This document shows, piece by piece, positions 54,141-64,000 of a stretch of 64,000 nucleotides of DNA. A program made the position numbers and the translations under genes. Source of the stretch: Raja brachyura. Its lineage: Eukaryota. The DNA lies in assembly GCA_963514005.1 (NCBI GenBank), contig OY740812.1, positions 2,728,001 through 2,792,000 on the forward strand, read 5' to 3'. Under the pieces are notes generated by a model that saw only the letters and a list, made by a program, of their open reading frames with translations, ran no database searches and was not told the origin of the DNA. Position 1 is the first letter of the stretch. Every line of letters begins with the position of its first letter.

Positions 54141-55004
54141 ATTTTTTTTTCATATATGCTCATATATAATCATATGTTCAAAACCTACCCATGTACAAAA
54201 ACATATATAGGAAGTAATGCGTTTTTGTTGAATGCCAAAACGATCTAACGATTCCCTATTTTTTAAAATCCAACAACAGTCTTGTCTTTGACACAGACTT
54301 TTTCTCCTTGTCTTGTAGAATGTGTAATTTATGTATAATTTATGTTTTTGTGCGATGTCAGAGCCTGTGATGCTGCTGCACGCACGATTTTCATTGTACT
54401 GTATCTCATCATACTTGTGTATGACAATAAACTCTACTTAAGAATGGTTAACATAATCCCCAATTGACCTCCCCTGCTGACCAGCAGTAAACACATCAAA
54501 CTACAATGAAAACTAAAAACTGAATCTTTATCCTGTTTCTAATATAGACATCAGCTCGCCACTAAATTGATGAAAGTATTTATCCTCAAGACAAACAGCT
54601 TTCCCGTACAGGTAATGCTTTGAACAATAAAGCCAGATGGTAAAACAAATTTTGCAAGACATAATTAATAATTGTCTGCAATCAAAAGGCATCTCTGACA
54701 TCACATTATGTATAAAATAGCGACCAAAATGACGACTGCTTCAAAACCCTTTTCCAACAGCCTCTCCCCCCAATTGCTGCCATTGACAAGAATATCCACA
54801 TTTGACACTATGAGGGAATATAAATCTTGCTGCTGCCACTTACATTTTAGGAAAATATTTAAGCAAGATGAGGGATTACAGCAAGTCATTAATAGAGGCA
54901 ATTTTGCTTGAGATGTTTGTAGATTGACTAAACCTGAAGATGTGAAATTGAATTTATCTTGCATTTTAATGCAAGTTTGTTTATTAGGTAGAAGTGATTG
55001 ATAT

Positions 55005-55382
55005 ATGGAGAGGGTGAGCAGGTAGGATCTATACTCATTGGAGTTTAGAAAATGAGTGATCTTATTGAAACCTAAAAAGATTCTGAGGGAGACGGATAGG
55101 ATGCTGAAAAACATTTTCCTTTTATTGGGGTATCTGGAACTATGGGCCAATTTCAGGATAAGAGGTTGCCCATTTAAGATAAATATGAGGAGAATATTTA
55201 TCCTTCAATGAGCCGCAAGAGGAACACTTTACCTCGGAGAGAAAGTCATCGAACATATTTAAACTACAAGAATGAAGGTCTGGTGAAGACAAGTGAGTAG
55301 ATTGAGCCCAAAACTGGACCAGCCACAATCTTACTGAATGTGGATCTGGCCCAAGGTGCCAACGGACCTGCTCCTTCTCCCA
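55005..55382 (+). mobile_element. Degenerate CR1 3' fragment
   Basis: GLYSLEFR...DLIET remnant. Confidence 0.65.
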
Positions 55383-55693
55383 TTTAGACTTTTGCTTTAG
55401 ACTTGAGATACAGCGTGGACATAGGCCCCTTGGACCACCGAGCCCACACCGACCAGTGATCGCCCCATACACTTGCACTATCCTACACGCAGGGGACAAT
55501 TTACAAAAGCGAATTAACCGACAAACCTGTACGTCTTTGGAGTGTGGGAGGAAACCGGAGCAGCCGGAGAAGACCCATGTGGTCAGAGAGAGAACGTACA
55601 AACTCCATACAGATAGCGCCCATAGTCAGGATTGAACCTGGGTCTCCGGTGCTATAAGGCAGCAACGTTACCACTGCGCCACTGTGACGCCCC
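55383..55693 (-). mobile_element. V-SINE (HE1-like), young-looking copy
   Basis: GGGGCGTCACAGTGGCGCAGTGGTAAC...GGTTCAATCC pol III boxes on minus strand; CpGs retained. Confidence 0.85.
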
Positions 55694-55829
55694 ATTTCTT
55701 ATAATCCAATTGATTTCAATATTTTATTTCTAGATTTATTAATTAAAACCAGTTGGTCCTTTTTTCTTCTACTACTCGTCACTTGGCTCATGAGATAGAC
55801 ATACATGAAGCAAACAGTAGTATTTACCA

Positions 55830-56031
55830 CTGATAGACACAAGGTGCTGGAGTAACGCAGCAGCACAGGCAGCATCTCTGGAGGAAAAGGATAAGTGATA
55901 TTTCGGATCAGGACTGACAATTAACTAAAACCTGTCATTTTTCGACAGAAATGCTGCCTGACCCGCTGAGTTACTCCAGCACCGAGTCCATCTTTGGTAT
56001 ATACAAGCATCTGCAGTTCTTTGGCTCTACT
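55830..56031. mobile_element. Inverted pair of Penelope-derived units next to the exon-5 donor
   Basis: Flanked by a 14-bp near-direct repeat AGTAGT(AT/CC)TTACCA. Confidence 0.75.
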
Positions 56032-56043
56032 AGTAGTCCTTAC

Positions 56044-56151
56044 CATGTTTGATAAGGCAATTTTGTCCTTTGGAACAATGAGTGTGATGTCAAATGTTGC
56101 TTTAATGGAAGGTTCATCCCAACATGGAAATGCTCTCCTTGCATCTGTTGG
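56044..56151 (-). CDS. NPEPPS: NPEPPS-like exon 5 ([36 protein letters not shown])
   Basis: 108 nt; ccag/gtaagg; [11 protein letters not shown] motif. Confidence 0.97.
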
Positions 56152-56279
56152 CTGGAAATAAAAATAAAGGGAGGGTTAAGGATAAAGACCAGGAGTAGTA
56201 AGGAAACAAAAGGGTAAAGTGAGAATGGAGTTAGAGAGAAAGAAAGTTAAATTCAAAACATCACATTAATCTGTGTTTA

Positions 56280-56700
56280 CACATTGCATAAAATAAACTC
56301 CATCTGCCGTTTCTCTCTCCGTTTCTGTAGCTGATCTATAACCTGCTGTATAATGCAACATCCTTCCTCCACGTCCGCAGCAATCTTGGTGTCATCTGCA
56401 AACTTACTAACCAACCTGTCTACCGTCGAGTCCAAGTCATTTATATGTATCGCAAACAATAGAGATCTCACCAAGGACCCTGCGAAACTCCACTGGTCAC
56501 AGACCTTCCTGAACTTTGCCATTTCATCATATCTATCAGTAATCCAGATGAATCCACACGATCAAGTCACTGTTAATCCTGTGCACCCGATTCTTCTGGA
56601 TCGTCCTACCATGGGGGACTTTATCAAATGCCTAGGTGAAATCCATGATGACATCATCTATTGCCCTACACTTATTAATCACCTATGTTGTCTCCACAAA
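56280..56700 (-). mobile_element. CR1 LINE RT fragment
   Basis: INDLD...VSKFADDTK (ORF 56277..56522). Confidence 0.82.
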
Positions 56701-57231
56701 ACAATAAAAACAACAAAAATCTATCTGGTTAGTAAGGCACAACCTGCCGCTTATACAGCCATTTTCAAGTTATTTATTCATCTCCTAATTGAACCCGACA
56801 GTTGAAAGTGCCTTCAGCACCGTCCTTTGCATCCTGGACCCTAACCATTTGCTTTGATAATTTTGTTTTCTTCATGCCATTTTTAGTTCTTTTTGCCAAT
56901 CACCTTTATACCCCAAGTCTTGACTTTTTCCCCCAATGGGAACAGTTTCCTTCTATGTCCCTCTATCAAAAGATTAACCAGTCACAAACAGAACCGAGTA
57001 GGTTACAAAAAGATGTAATAGAGGGACATACAAGGAAACCCTTACAACATTTTTGAACGAAGATACAACATTTACCTTTTTCCAATTTAGTAGCAGCTAA
57101 CGTTTATTTCCTTGACTTTTGAACTACACATTAGACTTCCACAAGTAAATTTTTCTTTTTGGTTTTTGATAGATTCCATTTATCTAAACTCGTGCCCTGT
57201 TTATGTAATATTTCAGGGATTTTTCATGCGA

Positions 57232-57690
57232 CACTGCCCTTCACAATGTTTGGGATATAGACCTGTTATTTATTTATTTGCCTCTGTAGTCCACAATTTG
57301 AGATTTGAATTAGATCAAAAAAATCACATGTGGTTAAAGTGCACATTGTCAGATTTTATTAAAGGCCATTTTTATACATTTTGGTTTCACCATGTAGAAA
57401 TTATAGCTGTGTTTATATATAGTCCCCCCATTTCAGGGCACCATAATGTTTGGTACACATGGCTTCACAGGTGTGTGTAATTGCTCAGGTGTGTTTAATT
57501 GCCTCCTTAATGCAGGTATAAGAGAGCTCTCAGCACCTAGTCTTTCCTCCAGTCTTTCCATCATATTTGGAAACTTTTATTGCACTTTAACCACATGTGA
57601 TTTTTTTTCTATTGCAAATCTCAAATTTTGGAGCACATAGACAAATAAATAAATGATGGGTCTTTGTCCCAAACATTATGGAGGGCACTG
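57232..57690 (+). mobile_element. Internally deleted non-autonomous Tc1 derivative (~460 bp)
   Basis: Left TIR and 5' UTR joined directly to the outer part of the right TIR; no transposase ORF. Confidence 0.9.
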
Positions 57691-58522
57691 TGCGTCTTTT
57701 CTCATGTTCTCTTACCTCACTTTCCACTTCCTCTCTGATCTTTCTGTAATTAATCTGGTTTGCACTCGTGTTAACAACCTGACAATTGTCACGTTCTTTT
57801 TTTTTACTCTACTCTCTAATGGTCATCCATGGATCCCCATTTTTTATTTCCCTATATGTTTCCCTCATGGAAATATACCGAGACGATACTAAACCCTCTC
57901 AACTTTAAAGACTTCCCCTGGTTCAAATACACATTTGCCTGCCATGCTTTGGCTTCACGTCATAGAATCAGAGCATGGAACCTGGCCCTTCAGCCTAACT
58001 CATCCATTCTGTCCATGATGCCCACCTATTTTTCCCCATTTGACTTGCATCGCCCTCAACCTTTCCTGCATCTGACCATGTATCTGGGCTCATCTCATTG
58101 AAAGTCACTTCTCCATTATTGCTATGCAGTCTGCATTTAGACGTCACAAGTCCTCCATTATTAATAATTTCTTGATTTTTATACTGTGATGCAATTACAT
58201 TGATCAGTAAAAGGAAAAAATATTGCTTTACTAAGAAAGATATCTTTTTAAAATAAAATTCTGAAGTTAAGCAAATTTAAAGAAACATGTCCAAATAGTT
58301 AAAGATTGCATAAAGTCCAGACATTGATGAACATCTAACCAAAATAAACATTTAATATGGTTAGCAATTTCAAGCATGTGACAAAATGTAGACAATTTGA
58401 GCATTTCCTTCACACCAAAAATTAAGCAATTCATCATTTTCAAGCATGTTCCTGGATTGTCACACAATAATGATCAGAAAGGCAACAATTATTGTAAAGA
58501 CATTACAATTATGTTAACTAAC

Positions 58523-58644
58523 CTCAAATTGAGAAACAGCAGCAAAGTGGGTTTCTCCTGACAATGTTGTATATTTGCTTCTGTAAAATCCCTTCATTTT
58601 ATCGTTGAGTTCTCCAACAAAATCAATCTTCAAAGTGCCATTAC
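58523..58644 (-). CDS. NPEPPS: NPEPPS-like exon 4 (GNGTLKIDFVGELNDKMKGFYRSKYTTLSGETHFAAVSQFE)
   Basis: 122 nt; AG/GT flanks; M1 GFYRS motif. Confidence 0.96.
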
Positions 58645-60084
58645 CTAGTAAAATGTAATCTTATGATTAATACCATATAAACAGGAACACACTTCACCAA
58701 GAAGATTGTCATAGTTGCAGGATAAACCCATAACTGACTACGTTTATTACACCCAGGGGACATCTCTGGAAGTGCTCAGGTAGTAAACATTTTATTGGTT
58801 ATTATTTTTGTACTTATACATGGCAGTTGTGAAATTACACTCATCTTCCACAGGAGTATTTCCCTTGCAGGCTTCTTCTGCTACAAACCTGGATACTTGT
58901 GAAGCTACAATTACCATGCAGAAAATGACAACCAACGGCAGCCAAAAGGAAGGCACGTTCACACCATATTATTGATATGAGCCAAATTTAAAGCAGGATC
59001 AAAGTACTGATTATTAATACAGTGTACTATGCAATCTCTAATTAATAAGTTATTGTCTTGACATACATATTCAGAGGACAGTAGTATTCCACTAAATTGT
59101 TAATCAATATAACTTCCTATTCTTTCATCGGGATGCCTTCCCTTCTCATTTAGCATGTCCCTTTTTGGCCATTACTATCCAACCATGCACACTTATCTTT
59201 CAGAAGTATCTGACAAGATTCCAGCACAAACGGTTTTCCAAAACACAAGAAACACTTAAAATATATAAATCTAGAAGGTGATAGTCTTAAGCTATTTCAG
59301 ATAAGGGCGACATCAATGCAAGTACTCTATATGCTGGGCAGGAGGTATTACACAAGGTGCTGGACATTCAATATTGAGACAGGAATTTTTTTCACAATGT
59401 GTATAGTGAATCATTGGAATTCATTACCCAAGAGCTTTAGAAGCTCAGCTGCAGAGCAAATTCCAGATGGAGGTCAATAAATACAGTGCATAGACAGAGT
59501 GAGGGGATGTGGCACAAATAGAAGAGAGTTGTTCTGATGTGAAAGATCAGCCATGATCTTACTGAATGGTATAAGACACTGAATAGCCTATTCCTGTTAT
59601 TTCTAATGTTCTTATAAGCAACAATTGAATTTTAAAAAAAGTTAATAACTGAAATGTTCTTCTTATCCCTAATTTCCAAGTTATAATGGACACAACTAGC
59701 AGCCCCTCAAACACTGACCAGCTATACATTTGCAACATGAATCCAGCATTAAGGATTTTCATATTACAATTTTATCCTTTTTAACAAACTATCTTCTCCA
59801 AAGGCAGTCTTTTAGCTTTATGGAGTAGGCATTATTTTGCTTTTATTACACCTGCCACAGTACATATCTCACCCAGGCACATGGTTATGAAATTAGAAAA
59901 TCTTAAAAATTTACTTTAATCTCAGTTAGACAGTGAAAAACTGCCAGAGAGATCAAATCACATTGTGCGATTAATTCTCCCAAGTAACAAGGCTTACTGA
60001 ATTCTACACATTTACACATTTTGTTATGGCTGGAAGGCTCAGCTTCTCTCATTTCTGAATGAACGGCATGTCAAAGAAACGATT

Positions 60085-60172
60085 GTAGACACAAAATTCT
60101 GGAGTAACTCAGCGGAACAGGCAGCATCTCTGGAGAGAAGGAGTGGGTGATGTTTTGGGTCGAGACCTTTTG
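60085..60172 (-). mobile_element. Penelope-derived terminal unit
   Basis: GACACAAAATTCTGGAGTAACTCAGCGG...GGGTCGAGACC. Confidence 0.72.
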
Positions 60173-60561
60173 CAAATCTTCTCAAATAAACTATTCCTGC
60201 CTTTATTGATAAAATGATCAATATACAAGCAGTTAACTTCGATCAAGGTGGGCCTTGGGATGGTTGTCCTTTCCAATCCCACAGCCATCTTCACCATCTC
60301 CCTTCTTGATGCATCACCCAGGCTATTTAAGTTTTATAGATCTGTGCATGGGAATCATGGGCTGACTATGTACATTTGGGAAATATGCTACAGCCACATG
60401 ACAAACATTGGCAAGTCAGTGTTTCTGTCACTAAGCATAAACTAAACTGGCAGAGGCACAAGTGTAAAATTGAAACTTGAAAGGTCTTAAAAGCTAAACA
60501 ACAGCAATGAGCTGGAACAAAATATGAGAATATCCTTTTACTTTCCATGATCTAGAATTAC

Positions 60562-60639
60562 CTTTCTGTAGCGCGCTAGGAAATGAAAGCGTCACCTTCT
60601 CATCTTCATTCTGATAATTGAACCCTGTTGCATTTATCT
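60562..60639 (-). CDS. NPEPPS: NPEPPS-like exon 3 (EINATGFNYQNEDEKVTLSFPSALQKG)
   Basis: 78 nt; ttttag acceptor, gtaatt donor. Confidence 0.95.
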
Positions 60640-61172
60640 CTAAAATGAAATAGATACAAAAAGTTTTTATTCATGTTCAGCTGCAATACACAATCATAGC
60701 AAAACTTGGAACTAACCTTAGAGTACAAGCTACAAACACTGCTTGGTGTCCTTTATAGCATGGTTTTAAAGTTCTTGGGACATTGGTGGCATTCCCAGTA
60801 TTGCCCATCTCATGATTGTGTCAATTTGAACAGCTACAGTCCTTACTGTAAACCCTCTCATGCGGCAAGAGAATGTTAGCATTTAGACCCTGCAAAAGTC
60901 TTGATATCTTTCAGTGCAATAATTGGTGGGGGCAAGTGGTGGCATTCCAATATGCTAATGAACTTGTCCATCTTGGTTTGCAGCTCGAGGGATCAGTATA
61001 TACAGTAACATTAATTCGCGCAACTATGAGCCTTACAGAAACAAAAAATTGCGGATGGATGAGACGGCAAACGTCTAGCTTCAAATATTGTTGTTATGGG
61101 CAAATGAAAATTACTCTGTCAAACTCCCTTGCCTATCTGATGTGTTGTTGCAATCACAGAAGCAGACAGCTA

Positions 61173-61265
61173 TGGACACAATGTGCTGGAATGACTGAGC
61201 AGGTCAGACAGCATCTCTGGGGCACATGGATAGGTGGCATTTCAGATCGGGACCTTTTTTTAGAC
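61173..61265 (-). mobile_element. Penelope-derived terminal unit, degenerate
   Basis: Same consensus, more diverged. Confidence 0.6.
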
Positions 61266-61267
61266 AG

Positions 61268-61960
61268 ATTGACGATTTGTATATCTCAGCCAGGGCGCCT
61301 GCAATTTCTTCCCTAGCTTTCCACAGTGGCCTCGGATATATCTGATCAGGCCCAGAAGATTTATCTATCTTTATATGCCTCAGGACATCCAGCACCACTG
61401 TGACCATAATATGGACTGTCCTCAGAAATCTCCATTTTCTATCCAAGATCTCCGGTCCTCATGTCTTTTGCCATGGTAAAAATACTCACAGTACTCAGGC
61501 CGCCTTCCGCGTACGTGGATGACTGCTAGGGGCCCTATTCACTCTCTCTTTACCCTTTTTCCATTAATGTACATAAAATCTCCAGATGCTCCTTAATATT
61601 TTCAGCCAGAGCCATCTCCTGACCCCTTTTTGCCCTTCTTACTTCCTTCTTAAATATGCACCAGTTCCCAAAACTCCACCAGGGATACACTTGATCCCAG
61701 TTGCCTGTACCTGCCCCATGCCTCATACATTTTCCTGTCCAGAGCCTCAATTTCTCATCATCCAAGCTTCCTTCCTCCCACCTGCCTTACCTTTCACTCT
61801 AACAGGAACCTGCATACCCTGAACTTTTGCCATCACACTTTTAAAAACAACCCACTTTCCGGCTGTTCCTTTGCCTTCAAACCTACTCCAATCAACTTTA
61901 ACAAGTTCCTGTCTAATACCAAAATTGACCTTGCCCCAATTTAGAATTTTAACCTGTGGG
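61268..61960 (-). mobile_element. CR1 LINE ORF2 internal fragment
   Basis: IKIDKSSGPDQIYPR, KKEVRRAKRG. Confidence 0.78.
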
Positions 61961-64000
61961 CTAAATTTTTAGTCTTGGAGCCTCTTCCCCCCTGTTAACG
62001 AATTCATTTGTTCATAATTAAATGTAGCAGGATTGCAGCTATTTGATCTGATACATTACTGTGCTTAGCGCTTTCTACAACGTACTACTTTGCCTGTTCA
62101 GCACACATGTAATCCTGTGTTGCAGCATTTCCTGGTTATAATATCACTTTTAGTCTGATGATGCTCTTCCCATGCCCTCTTGCAATCATTGAACTAGTGC
62201 TGATGTCCTGGAATGATTACATGGTAAGGTGATAGAAAGTTATGTTTGGCGATTACAGATAACAGAAGTTACAGATTGTGAAATATGCAATTCTACCATT
62301 GCTGATGCCCACATCCGAGCTCCCCGGAGTGTCTGTTTGTGGAAATATCATCCAGGCCAGTTTTACAGGCAACAGGATAAATACACCAAATGCATTGTTT
62401 TCCCTAAATTTGCCTCCATATCATAGATCTTAATTACAAAACAAATGCATTGTCAAAAGGCTCAAGGGCAGGCACAATCAGATTGACCATAGTCAATTAT
62501 TGTTCGATTATGACATGGCTTATCATCATAGTTCAGGAACATTATACTTCAATGAGTTATTACCATTCATGGAATGGTCTAACAAGGAACACTGTCAAGC
62601 TATTTAAGTGAGAGGATCATTGCTACACAACAAACTACTTGCTCTCAACGAAATAACCCCACACACACATTTTGCTGAAGAGAATGAAGCAGAACCTTTC
62701 AACTTCCCCGACTGAACCTAGGAATACCAGGGTTTACTTGAATGGCACTCTTAGTGACTGAACTACGAGCACACCTTGGATTTCATTCTGACTCCTATTC
62801 TATAAATGAAAAGTTATTAACAGTCATTTAGCAACGATAATGTCGCTGCGACAGTAAATGTTCACAACTTATGTCATAGTCAACTATTAAAATTGTTCCC
62901 CTTAAATTTACAGCACTTAAAGCAGCCAAAAGTAGAGAGACAATTTGACTGTAACCATAACTAATAAAATTGAACTCAAAGCTATAGATAATATAGATTT
63001 AAAAATAGACACTCAAGATGACTTGTGAGGAATAGTCTCTAAAAGCTGAGGGTCTGATACCATTGGTATGTAGCCAATATAGTGTGATAAAATAATAGCC
63101 CGAACTGCAAAAATCTGGAGTGTGTCAGATACAAATGTACAGGTTAACCAATGAAAACAGAACACTATTGCAACTTCAACTATAACCACTTTTTTTTCCA
63201 CTTTAATCCATGTAAAATAACTCCCAACATTTGTGTGTGTGTCAGATTTGACCTTCTGGAATTAACTTTAATCGTTTTAATCTGCTTCATATATTCCTGT
63301 TACTCCCTATCATATACAAATGTGACAAAGATTACTGAAACAGAAGCACAAATGTATTTGATGCATACATTTTAAAACGTTTACAAAATATTTGTTCATC
63401 GAAAAATTAAATTCAAATCGTACTATCATAGTGTTGTTTTTAGAAAATGCACAAAACCAGAAATTAAATTAGCAATGTAAATTATCTGTCTGGTCCCAAA
63501 GGTTTAATAATTGTTTTTTATGTATTAATCCTTCAATTTGTTGACGGAAACATCACTGCCCAAGGCTGGGCTGAGAGCATAGCCACTAACAGCAGGTCAA
63601 AGGGAATGGTCAGAGGCCAGAGTTGGAAGACTTCAGTCTCGTGGATGGTAAGTTTTACAGAAAATGGGTCATATACAGCTATGGAAGGATTTACACGTAA
63701 ACCCGAGTATGTCAAGTATTAATGGACAAGAAGCCAATGCTAACGTGGATCAGGAAGTCTCCTAAACAATCACTGTGTGCAGTTTGTAAAACTGACACGA
63801 TGATTTCAGCAGGGATGAAAACAGACGTTGCAGAAGTGGAATTCTTTTGATTGCAACATAGTTAATTATTCACTTCAGGAGCCAAATGAATTCTAGACTT
63901 GAAGAGACTGAGTGATTGACAGGAGGAATGCACTTTTTTTTCCAGAAAGGGCTGGATACAGCTAGTGGGAAATTCCATAATCAGCTCCCAGAGATTCATT

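Larger units (their letters stand above)
7093..60639 (-). other. NPEPPS: Partial gene span: puromycin-sensitive aminopeptidase (M1 zinc aminopeptidase), exons equivalent to human 3-16; 5' and 3' exons outside window
   Basis: 14 GT-AG exons of 78,122,108,201,97,34,115,165,105,61,110,64,140,135 nt join in one open frame with GAMEN and HEXXH-x18-E motifs. Ortholog versus paralog status is unresolved. Confidence 0.93.

Noticed and set aside
924-63715. Most remaining ORFs in the six-frame track
   Set aside because: Antisense or off-frame readings of repeats, or chance intronic ORFs; no evidence for a nested gene or any prokaryotic-type system

Overview
Eukaryotic (vertebrate) genomic DNA. The repeat content (V-SINE/HE1-like SINEs, CR1/HER1-like LINEs, Penelope-derived elements) points to a cartilaginous fish, probably a skate or ray; this is inference. 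The whole window lies inside one minus-strand gene encoding a puromycin-sensitive M1 aminopeptidase (NPEPPS or a close paralog). Fourteen GT-AG exons, equivalent to human exons 3-16, splice in frame to 1535 nt and include GAMEN, HELAH-x18-E and the catalytic Tyr. Both gene ends are outside the window. Introns hold CR1 fragments, V-SINEs, three copies of an IR/DR Tc1 family, a palindromic MITE, a structured RTE-like retroposon and many Penelope-derived units with minimal hammerhead motifs. Most notable: (1) a duplicated exon-10 acceptor forming a possible 99-nt in-frame pseudo-exon that would split the zinc motif; (2) two inverted Tc1 copies bracketing exactly exons 9-11; (3) a Penelope-type insertion whose target-site duplication copies the exon-5 splice donor; (4) hammerhead-bearing elements on both strands; (5) substitutions suggesting a divergent paralog. 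Repeat boundaries are approximate and comparisons to human NPEPPS are from memory.
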